Position numbers and translations under genes: made by a program. Under the pieces are notes generated by a model that did no database searches, was not told the origin of the DNA, and saw only the letters and a program-made list of their open reading frames with translations. Of a DNA stretch of 64,000 nucleotides, positions 1 to 11,539 are shown in pieces. The first letter of the stretch is position 1, and the number at the start of each line of letters is the position of its first letter. This DNA is from Mayamaea pseudoterrestris (lineage: Eukaryota), in contig BROI01000016.1 in the NCBI GenBank assembly GCA_027923505.1, positions 310,001 through 374,000 on the forward strand, in the 5' to 3' direction.

Positions 1-1902
1 GTAACGACCCGACTACCAAGATTCGGACTCTTGGTGCCAAGAAGGAGATTGCATTGAAAGGGCGCCACGTTCGCGTTCGAGCAGCGCGAGGAAAACATTG
101 CAAGTAGCAAACATCTTCGGGCAGAAAAGGTGTCGCGCCCTTAAGAACACTCTCATGCATGATAGTGTAACGTAGCCTCATAATGATTGATAAATGAAGA
201 TCCAAATCTCGTTGTTTGTATGAACGTGGCAAAAGTAGAAACAGCAGTAACATCGCATCGAACAAAACTTTCGCAGGTCGATGCCAGTACACCCGACGAC
301 GACCGCTTAATGTTTGCTTGACGCAAGCCAGCGATGCCTTGCGGCGACGAAGAGCTCAATCTTGCAAGCTTCGAGTGCAGTGCCGCCTTGCTGCCTTTTG
401 ACGAACTGAATTCTGCCGGCGCAGCAAATTCCAGAGTAGCCTTGGCGATTGTAGCCTGGTTTGCCTTAAAAAACCGTCCAGGAATTCCGCAGACAACGAT
501 GGCGAATAGCAAGTCAAGTAGATTGTCAGTTTTAGCAATCTTGTTTCTTCGAGCAGACGCAGAGGTCATATTGGATCGTGCAGGTAACACTTGCAGGTAT
601 CAGTTTGGTACGGCACCTTTCATTGGCGCGTACACTGGCAAACTAGATCCAATAAGGCTCCAACAGAGCGCTGCCACTAGCAAGCACGAGACAGATGAGT
701 CAAAGCTCCTCCAAGTCTCGTCTCTGTCGTCATCGTCTGTACTTCTCCAAGAATGTATTGCACGACGTGAAGGTGTAATATTGTCACATCCCAGCGCCAG
801 CAGCCGAGTCTCGAGCTCCTGCTGCACACCGCACCAGAGTCTGCTTGCTTGGAAAACAAATTCTCACTTGTTTCTGTCGTGATCCAGTCTACCTTTGCAA
901 TATTCTTGTACGTTGCCTTTCAAGTCTTGTCGCTTTCCATTTGGAGCGTGCCTCGCGTAGCATGGATGGAGTTTCTGCAATGGCAAATCTTCGCTTCCTC
1001 TTGCTTATACATTGCCGACAGATCCAATGACACTCACGATTGACGGATTATCCCATTTCCAGACACTTTCATATGAATCTGCGTTATACTGGGTACGATC
1101 ATATGTGTGCGAACTTGTCTCAGTTGACTGTGATGGGAACGAACGAGGTTCCGTCCATCAAGCGTCAAGTCTCGCTTGTGAATGATGCCATCGTCGGGTC
1201 ATTGCGACTGCTCTTTTTTATCCAGTAGTCTGAAAGATTCGTTGCTGACAGTGTATCTTTTTCGCTTGAAGTAGATGCAAGGTTGTAGCGAGGAGGATGC
1301 ATCACAAGTGTGTCAGGCATTCCAATCGATTATTTTTGTGGTTGCCATGGCGCGCGCGGTAGATCGTGCGAACCAACACTACTTGTGAAAAGGCCGCAAA
1401 AACGGTACAAAATACAAAAACCCGCAATTATGGCAGCAAAGCATCATTGGTTTAGTGGTAAAATCCGACGTTGCCATCGTCGGGCCCCGTGTTCGATTCA
1501 CGGATGATGCAGATCCTAAATATTTTGATCTATAGATCGGACAATTCTTTTTGTTCAGTCGCAACATACAGGCAGAGTGGTCGCAACGATACTTCATAAC
1601 GAAAGTAAACTTAAGCAAAACTCACTACCTTTCAACAACAGTCTTAAAATACATGTTGGAATCTACTACATGATACTCGTCGTCACTTCAACAAAGAATA
1701 TTTAAACTATAGACATGCACAGCAAACGCATAGCAAACTGTTGACTGTGCGTTCGGCCACATAAACTACTTCGGGTAGCCACTTGCGCAACAACGTTGTG
1801 AACCCGTCGGGCTGGAACTTGAAACCACTTGCTCGTCCAGAAAGCAATCGCGTCAATCGCTGCGTAAACTGAAAGTCCATCATTTGCATTTCATACAGCT
1901 TG

Positions 1903-2952
1903 TCAAACCGCAGCCGTTCGAATCGGATACTGACTGTCATCAACGACGGGAACATACTGACTGTCATCAACGACGGGAACATTCGAAACGGCATCATTGA
2001 CTGCATCAGGTCGCTCGAATAAAAGGAGAGCTCTTGTCGCTTCCGCGTTCCATTCTAGTAGTGTACTCTCTCGAGCGTCCATCACTTCGTTTGACGTGAC
2101 ATTGCCCTCGCTAGCAGTCGCGTCAACGGCCAATGGTGCAGCGACAACTGGTTCGTCAATGTTGCTGTATGATGCCGCTTCCGATTCACTCAATGCATGG
2201 ACTGTAGTAGGCAAAGACGCACTTCCACAAACAACAATTCCCTTTTGCTTGTTTGGCCGATTCTCCAATCGCAACGCTTCAAACACCATGTTCAAGTACA
2301 CTGGCAATCCGATGCGATTTTTGCTCATGCTTTGACTCGTCGATGTCAACTTGAGCTCGATGAATTGCCTCTTGACGCGCGCCGGCATGTTGATGCACGA
2401 ATTCTTGATAAAGTGCCGATCCGCCAAATTGTAAATGACTGCCGCAACGTGCCCCAAACGACCTGGATGCATGACGCTGCTTCCAGTGGAGCCACAATTC
2501 GTCGCCCGCGCGCAAGCGAGACATTGTACGCCAATGTCACCAAATTCAACGTTGCGCCGTCGATTTGTAGGTAAGGCAGCGTCCTGTGCACTAACTTGGA
2601 CGAAACCAATCCATTCCGTCAGCAGATAATTGTAATCGGAGAGTTGAACGCGAAAGCAGCCAAGCGACGTGGGTTTCAAGCTTCCAACGGAAGTGAAAGT
2701 TGCATCATCCGTAACGCCAGACTGCATTTGATCGATTGTCATACATCCACTCCGATGACTTCCAAAGGCTTGACTGCGAGTGAACGAACGCTTGCCGCAC
2801 CCTTTGCACATCCAGGGTCCTGTCGTGTTGCGTCGCTTGCCGTCGCATTTCGACGCGTGACAATGAGCGCTGCTGGCGTCGGAAAACTGAAAGCGGCCGC
2901 ACTTGGCGCAAGCCAAATCAATGAGGTATTCTTGCTGTAGTATATCAGACAT
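1903..2952 (-). CDS. Zn-finger protein with a diatom-type Cys/His domain (349 aa)
   Basis: Two N-terminal CxxC..H...C fingers (CAKC..HASKC; CKGC..HRSGC), followed by an LSDY..LL / GDIGVQCLAC / RHF..SC..MP block resembling a recurrent diatom domain. Confidence 0.7.
   Translation of the reverse strand: MSDILQQEYLIDLACAKCGRFQFSDASSAHCHASKCDGKRRNTTGPWMCKGCGKRSFTRSQAFGSHRSGCMTIDQMQSGVTDDATFTSVGSLKPTSLGCFRVQLSDYNYLLTEWIGFVQVSAQDAALPTNRRRNVEFGDIGVQCLACARATNCGSTGSSVMHPGRLGHVAAVIYNLADRHFIKNSCINMPARVKRQFIELKLTSTSQSMSKNRIGLPVYLNMVFEALRLENRPNKQKGIVVCGSASLPTTVHALSESEAASYSNIDEPVVAAPLAVDATASEGNVTSNEVMDARESTLLEWNAEATRALLLFERPDAVNDAVSNVPVVDDSQYVPVVDDSQYPIRTAAV
1927..1980. repeat. Perfect 27-bp tandem duplication inside the CDS (VPVVDDSQY x2)
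   Basis: atactgactgtcatcaacgacgggaac occurs twice, at 1927 and 1954. Confidence 0.95.
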
Positions 2953-3454
2953 GGTGTGACGTTATAGTGTAACGGCAAGGCTTGCTGCAAGTTTTGCTTC
3001 GCGAAGCAAGCACTAAAGCAATTGAGCCAAATGAGTTACTCTGTTAGACGCTTGTATCATACACTAGAGTTTGATGATTGCCGGCTTCTTTTGAGAGCGA
3101 GAGCAAGAAATCGTCTCATCGACCTCATGGTTGTCACGGAAACGGACGGTGTGTCACGCTTTTCACTAGCGCTTGTCGTCCCGGTGTGACACGCTCTCCA
3201 GCTAGCCATTGTCTCCCATTTGGCACATCAGTTGCAGTCTAGACGAGACGAATGCTGAAATTGTTGGCTCCAAAGTCTACTCTATCATGGTTGGATATGC
3301 TTTATTGTGTTTAGAACCTGCCAGGAGATGTTGCTTTTATAATAGACGCAGCCATTCCAGCGAATCTGAAAATCAATAGCTGATTTTCCTCCCGGCAGCA
3401 ATTCGGCATTTGTCAGTGATTAAAATATACACTCTCACACAAAATTTATAATGT

Positions 3455-5320
3455 TTAGGGGACATCCTTTGCGGTTGCTCCGTAAAGCTGCGACGCCACG
3501 TGAAAGCCGATTAAATATGCCGTCATTTGCGGACTCACGCGCGGTAGATGCGTCGCCGACAAGTCTGCCACGTGAACGTTGCAGCTCCCATGCACCAAAC
3601 CCGTCCTTTGGCGACTCGACTCTCCCGTGTCGGCCGCGTCGGAGAAGACGCAGCCACCAGCCATGTGCTGCTCCGATAGCAACGAATTCTTGCTGTAGTG
3701 GTCAACATACTCGTCAACTTGGGAGGCGCTAAACGGAATTTTGGTGAGACTATGATATATGAACTGAAGCCACTTGGGAGGCTTTTGGCCAAGTTTTTCC
3801 ATCAAACTCAAGCGCTCCTTCAAAATGTCCTTGGCGACTCGTTTGTCCTGATCGTCGTCAAACCAGCGCAACGTAATGCGATTGTCCTTGTCCGTTTCGT
3901 ACTGGCCTTCCGATGCGGCATTGTACTTGATAATGGCACTGACAAAGACGACATCACCAACCAATAGCGTAATGAGCACGTTGATTGACGATACAAGACC
4001 CCGCACCACATTCTTGGTCAGAAAGAAGAGAAACGGAATATTCAGCATGGGCGATTTAATAAAGTTGGGAAGAAACGCAAGATACAAGTGGGATGTCATG
4101 TATAGTAGCTGCTGAAGTTGGCCAGAAAAGAAGTCAAAGCCAACTGCTGTATCCTTTCCGTGAGGATAGTTTCGCTCCTGGGCCCGCCACGTTGCAATGG
4201 CAAAGACGGGCGCGTAGATATCCTTTGGCGAAAGTAGCAAATCTTTTTTGGAAAGATAGATTCCTAGTGGCATGGCGAAATGGTCGTTCACAAACTTTCC
4301 AATGGCGGCATTGCCCAAGGTTTCGCGATGCGGCATGAGGAGCCTTGGGCTCGCGGCTCCGGCGCAAAGAATGACGCGACCATGCTTGGCCACATGAATG
4401 GTCTCCTCCATTTTGCTCGACTGCTGTCGAATCTTCATAGCGACACATGCTGACAACTGTCCGTCTCGTGGTTCAAAGACGAGTTCATCGACTGAAACTC
4501 GCGTCCGGAGCTCAATGCGGCTGTCCTCCCAGTTGACGAGAGATACACCGCTATTTGTCCGCTGTCCAAACATGTCAAACTGCGTCGGAAACTGTATGAG
4601 CTGATTGTCAACGTCCTCCTGGTAGCTTGGAATGTTGGCAATCATGTCTTGGTCTATCGTAAAGCCTTCGGCGGCAACATTTTTGACAATGTGATTGGTG
4701 ATTGGCGTTTCTCGCTGGGTTGGATCCGATCGACGGAAACGCTGATTCAAGTCGTGTTTCAAGTCATCCCAGTATTGTTCAGAATGTCCCAGCATTCGAG
4801 CCAGCCACTTTGATGATTCATGAATCATGGTGTAGTTGATACTTCCGCCTCCGCCCATGGTGCAGGCTCGACCGGAAACGATTGGGGTTCCATTGCTTGT
4901 ACGCGCGTTATGTAACTGAAAAATGTCGCCCTCCGAATAAGACTTGGTCCACGCAAGTTGATGCGTAATGTCGCTCGTGTAGAAAAAGTTGCCGCCTTGC
5001 TCCAGTACCAAGACTCGCTGCTCGTGGTTGTCGACTTGTTCGAGGTACTTGGCAAGGAAGCCGCAGGCGCCGTTTCCCGAGCCGACGACCACCAAATCGT
5101 ATCCGTCGTCGGGAGGCTCATCATTCAGTGAGAACAGCCCGTAGAGCTTGGTACTTGAACGTGACAACACCTGCTTGCTTTGCTGTATTTGAAGCGATTC
5201 TTGGCGAGGCGATCGCCTTGTTGCAGCAGCAACTGCTGGTCGGACTCTGACTTGGTGGAATGCCATTGTTGACTGGCCAACATGCCAAAGGATCAAAATC
5301 TTGCATAGAATGAGTTTCAT
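3455..5320 (-). CDS. GMC family FAD oxidoreductase, probably plastid-targeted
   Basis: YDLVVVGSGNGA FAD motif, GRACTMGGGGSINYTM, VILCAGA..SPRLL, EQHMAGGC and VHG..NVHVADLS motifs. Likely start MKLILCKILILWHVGQSTMAF (ATG at 5320) looks like a signal peptide plus AF. Confidence 0.85.
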   Translation of the reverse strand: MKLILCKILILWHVGQSTMAFHQVRVRPAVAAATRRSPRQESLQIQQSKQVLSRSSTKLYGLFSLNDEPPDDGYDLVVVGSGNGACGFLAKYLEQVDNHEQRVLVLEQGGNFFYTSDITHQLAWTKSYSEGDIFQLHNARTSNGTPIVSGRACTMGGGGSINYTMIHESSKWLARMLGHSEQYWDDLKHDLNQRFRRSDPTQRETPITNHIVKNVAAEGFTIDQDMIANIPSYQEDVDNQLIQFPTQFDMFGQRTNSGVSLVNWEDSRIELRTRVSVDELVFEPRDGQLSACVAMKIRQQSSKMEETIHVAKHGRVILCAGAASPRLLMPHRETLGNAAIGKFVNDHFAMPLGIYLSKKDLLLSPKDIYAPVFAIATWRAQERNYPHGKDTAVGFDFFSGQLQQLLYMTSHLYLAFLPNFIKSPMLNIPFLFFLTKNVVRGLVSSINVLITLLVGDVVFVSAIIKYNAASEGQYETDKDNRITLRWFDDDQDKRVAKDILKERLSLMEKLGQKPPKWLQFIYHSLTKIPFSASQVDEYVDHYSKNSLLSEQHMAGGCVFSDAADTGESSRQRTGLVHGSCNVHVADLSATHLPRVSPQMTAYLIGFHVASQLYGATAKDVP

Positions 5321-5713
5321 TGTTAAGAAGCCGCTATTGAAAGCATTGCAATATAAAAACAATCTACAATAAGGCTTGGATCGTTTCAAGGAAAGGCATG
5401 CCGATGATCGTGTCGTTGAGCTTTCCAAGATCCTGTGACTCGGAACATGCGGTACACGTGGCTATTGTGAAAAGGCAGGGGTTTTATCTATTTAGCGTCG
5501 GAGGCTTATGCCGGCCGCCTTATCTGAGTCATGTGCAAGATTCAACCGAGTCGAATGGTTCCTATTGGCCAAGCAGGATTGAAAATGACATCGTGCCAAA
5601 GCGATCTTTCAACATCAACGTTGCGTGCATGTTCGCCCTTCCAATCATCATCCGCCAGCCGTAACCCGAGCAGCGTGAATCTCCATTGACTGCCACTTAT
5701 TTCCAAAGCCACC

Positions 5714-6616
5714 ATGATGCATCACAGGAGTACATGGCAGTTGTTTTCGTTGGTGGTGCTGCTGATCCTGCCTCGGTCAGCAACATCGCAACAGTCTGCT
5801 GCATACGTGACGGGCGGCGACCGCATCAAGCAAGGCGTCTACACGTACTTTTACAGCAAGTCGGCGCAAGCCTCGTGTCAAACGGTCCTGTTTCTAGGCG
5901 TCGGAACCGCCATGGATACGGTCGACTATTCAACTCTCTCATCTTTGATAGTGAACAAGATGGAACAAATGGTCGTGGTTGTGATTGACGACAATCCCAA
6001 CAGTATCACCAAGCAAGATCCCAAAAAGTTTTCCGCCCTCGTCGAGGAACTAAACACCAACTTGCGTCAATATGTGCCACTCTGCGCGGCGAGCGCATCG
6101 CCGCAATATTTGATTGGCGGTCATTCGGCGAGCGGACAAGGAGCGGTCGAGGCACTGCCGCTGCTGTCAGAATCCGTCACGTCTAAACTGATTGGTTTCG
6201 TCGGTCTGGCGCCCTACAAGCTAAGCTCCAACATGAGAATCAATCTACCAACCTTGGTGTGGGACTCTGTCAGCGACAGCTGCGGCGTGACTTACAACGC
6301 CGCTGGCCTCATGGCCTATAAAATTGCCGAGGGAAACAATCGCGTCCTGTTTCAGCTTCCAAAGCGTTCCTTCTTTCAAATTGGCTTTCACTGCGTCTAC
6401 ACCAACACGGGGTGCAAGGGAATGTGCTACCCCAAGGATGGAGCGTGGGTGCGAGAGAGTGTGGCGCAATCGCTGCAAGTGTTCGTCGAATCACTTCAGT
6501 CTGGAACGTTTGTTGAATCAAACTTTCAAGCGATTCTCTCCAACAATGTCACGATGCAGTTTGCAAGTGTTGTATCTGGCAATGACGAGTCATTGTCAAC
6601 GGCGCGGGAGCTATAG
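5714..6616 (+). CDS. Secretory-pathway alpha/beta hydrolase, chlorophyllase-like
   Basis: Signal peptide, nucleophile elbow LIGGHSASG, VLFLGVG..M....YS block, candidate catalytic His in GFHC, C-terminal AREL. Confidence 0.7.
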   Translation: MMHHRSTWQLFSLVVLLILPRSATSQQSAAYVTGGDRIKQGVYTYFYSKSAQASCQTVLFLGVGTAMDTVDYSTLSSLIVNKMEQMVVVVIDDNPNSITKQDPKKFSALVEELNTNLRQYVPLCAASASPQYLIGGHSASGQGAVEALPLLSESVTSKLIGFVGLAPYKLSSNMRINLPTLVWDSVSDSCGVTYNAAGLMAYKIAEGNNRVLFQLPKRSFFQIGFHCVYTNTGCKGMCYPKDGAWVRESVAQSLQVFVESLQSGTFVESNFQAILSNNVTMQFASVVSGNDESLSTAREL

Positions 6617-7119
6617 TTGTCAATGGTGTGTAAGTGTTTGCTACCGTAGCTTTCGCGGCGAGTGGCGAGAATATGAGCTGTAACACTTACAGCTCCCAGG
6701 CTCATCCTCACCTAGATAGCATATTATATTCTTCTTTTGCATCGCACCTTTATCATTTATTTTCTGCCTCCTACACTAACAGGCTTGCACTACCGATGTG
6801 CAGTTTGATTATGGACCGCCGTCATAGTTACTCACGTGGCGCCACGTTTTCATTGCCGTTGACCCTTCCTTCGTCGACCATCGACACGATTGGCCGGCGT
6901 GGCCGAAACGTCCTAGTCGCGCCAGCCTTGTCACTATCGCTCGCACTGTACAATCGCACGAGCTCGACACGTTTTGTGTGGAACGCCACCGACTTTTGCG
7001 CAACCCCATCATTCGCACCTTTGTTGTAGCGTTTGAATCTCGTCGCTCTCTCTCTGCATCTATAATTCGTAAACCAAGCGAGAGAGCTCTTACTAGGTTT
7101 TAACAATTTCACAGTGACT

Positions 7120-8391
7120 ATGCATCCGCTGCCGTCTCCGTCGTCCTTTGCGCGATCAACGTCCGGATCAGCAGGAGCAGGAGCTCCTCGCGCTACCTCA
7201 AATTCTTCCGTGTACGCGACCGCCGGGTCATGTTCTCCCTTTAGCAAAAGCCTTTGTCGAATGCTGCTGCTGCTCAGTGTACTGGGATTGATTGCCATGA
7301 TTCGCGAGAGTCAATCGCTGCGCGACTTGTCGGCCGTCATGCTCTGGACGAATCAACAAGCAAATGAGGAGAATGATGACTCGTCGCAGAAAGCCTTTCG
7401 CATCGCATGGCTCTTGAGCTACCCCAATTCCGGAACGAGCTACACCATGACGCTCGTCGAGCGCGCCTCCAACTTGTCGACGGCGACCAACTACGGCGCC
7501 GAAGTCACGCCCCGCGCCCTACGCGCCAGTGAAGCGTTACCAACCTACTCCGCCAGTCAAGGACCCTACTGGGAAGGCTTGGAGGGAGCGGCTGTCTTGA
7601 ATCGCACCATCCGCCAACTACCGGATCCATATAACGCCTTTGTATTGACCAAGACGCACTGCGGCGGCCGCTGCATCAACTGCGGGCCGTCCGACTATGT
7701 CATTCAAGAGCCACGCGACTTTTTGGAGGCGTGCCTCAAGACGAGTTATCTCGATGCTGACGGCCATCGTCACGAGTCGCACATGCCGCAGGAGCGCGTC
7801 GCCAAGTTGGTGCACTTGATACGGAACCCGCTGCACAATATCGTGGCGCGATATCACTTGGAGCGACGGCACTTTGTGCTGAAAAACAAGTCACTCGCGA
7901 AACAGTTTCCCAACGATGCGTCTGGTTTTCAAAAATGGTGCAGCAAGCTGGATGACACGTATATGAAGGAGGAGCGAAAACATTTTTTAAAGTCGGATCC
8001 GCAGTTACTAAAACTGTTTGAAAATGTCCCATGCCACGCCGAGTTCTTCAAATACACGCAGTGGCACAACTCCGTCATTCACATGCACCCGCTCCTGCAC
8101 CGTCCACCGCAACTCACAATATTCTACGAAGACTACCAGTACGCCTTTCGCAACAACGTTGATTCCATCATGCAGTTTGTATCGCAACCCTACAACGCCA
8201 GTCGGCTGCGCGCGTTTCGGTCGCTGCCCACCTACGAAGACTACTTTAGTGAAGCGCAGATTGAATCGATACATCAACTCATTAAACATGTGGCGCTGCC
8301 GCAAGTTTATGGGATGCTGCAGCGGTATTTTAATAATATTGGTGAACATGAATCGGATGCTGATGATGTTGATGCCTTGGCGAGTCAATAG
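7120..8391 (+). CDS. Membrane-anchored sulfotransferase-family protein
   Basis: N-terminal TM helix, 5'-PSB-like LLSYPNSGTSY, 3'-PB-like LIRNPLHNIVAR and IFYEDY motifs. Confidence 0.8.
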   Translation: MHPLPSPSSFARSTSGSAGAGAPRATSNSSVYATAGSCSPFSKSLCRMLLLLSVLGLIAMIRESQSLRDLSAVMLWTNQQANEENDDSSQKAFRIAWLLSYPNSGTSYTMTLVERASNLSTATNYGAEVTPRALRASEALPTYSASQGPYWEGLEGAAVLNRTIRQLPDPYNAFVLTKTHCGGRCINCGPSDYVIQEPRDFLEACLKTSYLDADGHRHESHMPQERVAKLVHLIRNPLHNIVARYHLERRHFVLKNKSLAKQFPNDASGFQKWCSKLDDTYMKEERKHFLKSDPQLLKLFENVPCHAEFFKYTQWHNSVIHMHPLLHRPPQLTIFYEDYQYAFRNNVDSIMQFVSQPYNASRLRAFRSLPTYEDYFSEAQIESIHQLIKHVALPQVYGMLQRYFNNIGEHESDADDVDALASQ

Positions 8392-8697
8392 CGCATGACT
8401 TGATGAGGTGCGATCGTTGTCAATTGTCGCCAATAATTCGTCGTGACGGAATCTGACGGGAATCTTTGGCCATGCTGCAACCTTATTGGAATACTACATG
8501 TAGAAACTGTACGATTAAATCATAGATTGGGGAATGTGAACGTTATAATGGTATTTCGACTGAGCGAATGTACAAGGATGCAGCTATTGGCGATCTTGTA
8601 CGCGCCACTAGAATCGAAGAGTATGTTACACACACAAAATGATACCAATGACGAATACGAAAGGCTATCATATGTAAGAAGTGTCGCTTATGATTCT

Positions 8698-9549
8698 CTA
8701 TGCCTCGGCCGCAGCCTCCTCCTCCTTCGTAGCACCACCATTCTCGTCATTCTCCTCCACGAGCGTGCACAGAATATCCACCATTTTCACAACACTATAA
8801 GTCTTGCCTTCAATCTCAATATCATTTCCCGCATAGTCTTTAAACTTGACGAAATCTCCCACTTGCACTGGACTCTTTGACAATTGTCCATTGGCCGCCA
8901 TGCGTCCCTCACCAACCTTGACGACCAAGCCTTGGCAGGGCGCGTAGTCCTTGAGCACTTGATTCGCGACCACGACACCCGACTTTGTCGTCAGTTGCTC
9001 CTTGGCGAGTTCCACTAACACGTAGTCGCGGACCGGAACGATTTTCTCGAGTCGCATCGTGACGCCCTCATAAGTCAACAGCACGTTGTCGTCGCGAATG
9101 ACTTGACAGTCCTGCCCATTGTACTCGACTTGCTTGCCGTCGTACTGTCCGTACACCACCGACTGACCCACGGAAATGGGATTGGTAATCAGCACGCCCG
9201 TGTGTGGATGACGCTTGCCGGGTCCCACCGCCACAACACTTCCCTCGGTCGGACGCTCCTGCGATTGATCGGGCAATAAAATGCCGCCGCTGGTGGCCAC
9301 GAGCGTGTCGCGGACCTGCACCCACACGGAGTTTCCCGTGGGCTCAATGGTAGCGTCGACTGGTAATTCAATGCCGTCGAGTGTATTGGGAGTAGCGTGT
9401 AGCAAAGTGTTGGAAAAGGAGCGAGTGATTCTTGAAAGTTGTAAATTCTGTACTAGCGATGTTGCAGGAGCAACGGTAAAGGCAGACACGTTGCAGATTG
9501 CAAGACTGACAAGCAGTTGCGATAATGCGAGAGACTTCTTGCTATTCAT
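8698..9549 (-). CDS. cpn20: Plastid co-chaperonin Cpn20 (two GroES domains)
   Basis: Two GroES repeats (TSGGILLP..EGSVVAVGPG; TKSGVVV..GLVVKVGEG..VGDFVKFKDYAG) and a bipartite leader ending VSAFTVAP. Confidence 0.93.
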   Translation of the reverse strand: MNSKKSLALSQLLVSLAICNVSAFTVAPATSLVQNLQLSRITRSFSNTLLHATPNTLDGIELPVDATIEPTGNSVWVQVRDTLVATSGGILLPDQSQERPTEGSVVAVGPGKRHPHTGVLITNPISVGQSVVYGQYDGKQVEYNGQDCQVIRDDNVLLTYEGVTMRLEKIVPVRDYVLVELAKEQLTTKSGVVVANQVLKDYAPCQGLVVKVGEGRMAANGQLSKSPVQVGDFVKFKDYAGNDIEIEGKTYSVVKMVDILCTLVEENDENGGATKEEEAAAEA

Positions 9550-9651
9550 TGTGAGTAGAGTAATATCTTAGAGTATATGGATGTAGTATGGTTGATAGTG
9601 ATGGCATGTTAATGTCGCCATGGTCGAATTGACGGATGGCTCTCGCGCCGA

Positions 9652-9663
9652 ACTGACGTCAGT
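9652..9663. promoter_or_regulatory. Palindromic bZIP site (TGACGTCA) upstream of cpn20
   Basis: Perfect 12-bp palindrome actgacgtcagt about 105 bp upstream of the ATG. Confidence 0.4.
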
Positions 9664-10252
9664 GTCAGAGTGGTTGTGAAATGAAAGAAATATCAGTCGT
9701 AGCGGGTATCGCGACAGCCGTTTCGCCTTCGCCGTGAAAACGACGTACGCACTTGATCGTAACTTGCGTCATTGGCCAACGAGACGATCATGGCATTAAA
9801 TTGTATGTGCTACCCGATGGATCAATCGTTTCAATCTATCGTGCCAAAAGTTTACACATGTAAATCTTTGAAGCTGCGCGATTCTGATTGGATGGCGAAA
9901 GCTTGGCACACGTTGATTCGACAAGACGCGGTCGTGTTAACGCTTCACACATAAAAATATGAGTCACTTTCAGCAAAAGGCTGTCGTGCTACAGCTCGTA
10001 GAATATCAAACTGAGTCATCTTCGCATCAAATCAATCTTGTCAATTTAAGCAAGCTCAAGTTTGAAAAATATAGCTTAACCATTGAAATCTTCCGCTAAA
10101 GAAGCACGCGCGACTGCGCGACCAGCGACACCGCGTCGTCGACTTGCTTCATCACTCTTGCTCCATCGTTCACACTTTTGCAGATCTCGGCTTGACGAGA
10201 GGATCCGCTGCTGCATCTGCTCATACTTGCAACGTTTTGATATCGCTCAAGC

Positions 10253-11539
10253 ATGACAGCTCTTGCTAGTCTTCTCGGTCTGTTGCTCGTGCTCTCACAG
10301 GGACCCTCAGCTGTTCATGCTCAGTGGAACAACATTGTTCGCATCGAAGGCGAAGGACTCACCCCCCAAGAGTTTGCCGACCAATGCCTTCCGCGCAGCC
10401 CCTTTGACACTTGCGTGAAGCGATGCGGACAGACCAAAAACTTCAAGAACTGTGTGACTCGAGGAGCTGTCAAACGGTGCAAGGACTTGATCAGGCGGTT
10501 GGATGAGTCGGACAGTGCCGCAGCCCAGCAAGCCTTGATCGACGCCGTCGCCGCGCAGAGATGCAACACCAAAAAACCAACGAAAGCTCCAACGAAACAG
10601 CCAACAGTGAAACCAGTCATGGGAATGATGATGATGCGAACGACTCCAGCGCCAAGCGTCTCTCGGTCCGCCGCACCGTCCAAACCCCCAAGCAAGCAAC
10701 CCAGTCGCGCACCTAGCGGCGTGCCTAGCCAGCGCCCGAGTTTGACTCCAAGCAAACAACCAAGCTTTCTTCCAAGCCGCAGTCCAAGCGTATCACCGAG
10801 CCGTCTTCCAAGCAACAGTCCAAGCAGAACACCCAGCCGCCTCCCGAGCAACAGTCCAAGCGGCGTTCCCAGTCGAACCCCCAGTCGCAGCCCGAGTCGT
10901 CTTCCAAGCAGCACCCCGAGCAAGACTCCAAGTAAAACTCCCAGTCGCTCCCCAAGTGGCGTTCCCAGTCAAATCCCCAGTCGCACCCCAAGTCGTCTTC
11001 CAAGCAGCACCCCGAGCAAGACTCCAAGTAAAACTCCCAGTCGCTCCCCAAGTGGTGTTCCCAGTCGCACTCCAAGCAAGACTCCGAGTAAAAATCCCAG
11101 TCGCACCCCAAGCAAGACCCCGAGTAAAACTCCTAGTCGCACCCCAAGTCGTCTTCCAAGCCGCACCCCGAGCAAAACTCCGAGTAAAACTCCAAGTCGC
11201 ACCCCAAGCAAAACCCCCAGCAAAACCCCAAGTCGCACTCCCAGTCTCACGCCCAGCAAAACCCCAAGTCTCACTCCCAGTCTCAATCCCAGTCTCACGC
11301 CCAGCAAAACCCCAAGCAAAACACCCAGCAAAACTCCGAGTAAAACTCCAAGTCGCACTCCAAGCAAAACACCCAGCAAAACACCGAGTCTCACTCCAAG
11401 TCTCACTCCAAGCAAAACACCCAGTAAAACACCCAGTCTCACCCCCAGTCTCACTCCAAGCAAAACACCCAGCAAAACACCTAGTCTCACTCCAAGTCTC
11501 ACTCCAAGCAAGACACCTACCAAACTACCTACCTTGTAG
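10253..11539 (+). CDS. Secreted basic Pro/Ser/Thr tetrapeptide-repeat (mucin-like) protein
   Basis: Signal peptide, 6-Cys N-terminal domain, MGMMMM tract, then about 70 in-frame PSxx repeats (PSKT/PSRT/PSLT) with synonymous codon variation. Confidence 0.88.
   Translation: MTALASLLGLLLVLSQGPSAVHAQWNNIVRIEGEGLTPQEFADQCLPRSPFDTCVKRCGQTKNFKNCVTRGAVKRCKDLIRRLDESDSAAAQQALIDAVAAQRCNTKKPTKAPTKQPTVKPVMGMMMMRTTPAPSVSRSAAPSKPPSKQPSRAPSGVPSQRPSLTPSKQPSFLPSRSPSVSPSRLPSNSPSRTPSRLPSNSPSGVPSRTPSRSPSRLPSSTPSKTPSKTPSRSPSGVPSQIPSRTPSRLPSSTPSKTPSKTPSRSPSGVPSRTPSKTPSKNPSRTPSKTPSKTPSRTPSRLPSRTPSKTPSKTPSRTPSKTPSKTPSRTPSLTPSKTPSLTPSLNPSLTPSKTPSKTPSKTPSKTPSRTPSKTPSKTPSLTPSLTPSKTPSKTPSLTPSLTPSKTPSKTPSLTPSLTPSKTPTKLPTL

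Noticed and set aside
3..107. Possible 3' end of a plus-strand CDS (NDPTTKIR...HCK)
   Set aside because: Only 34 codons are visible; too short to support.
153..1160. Minus-strand gene with in-frame stops (recoding or pseudogene)
   Set aside because: Stops are mixed TGA and TAA with no recognisable domain or Sec motif; at most a decayed gene.
10321..11523. LGVL/LGVR-repeat ORFs on the minus strand
   Set aside because: Antisense shadows of the PSKT-repeat gene.
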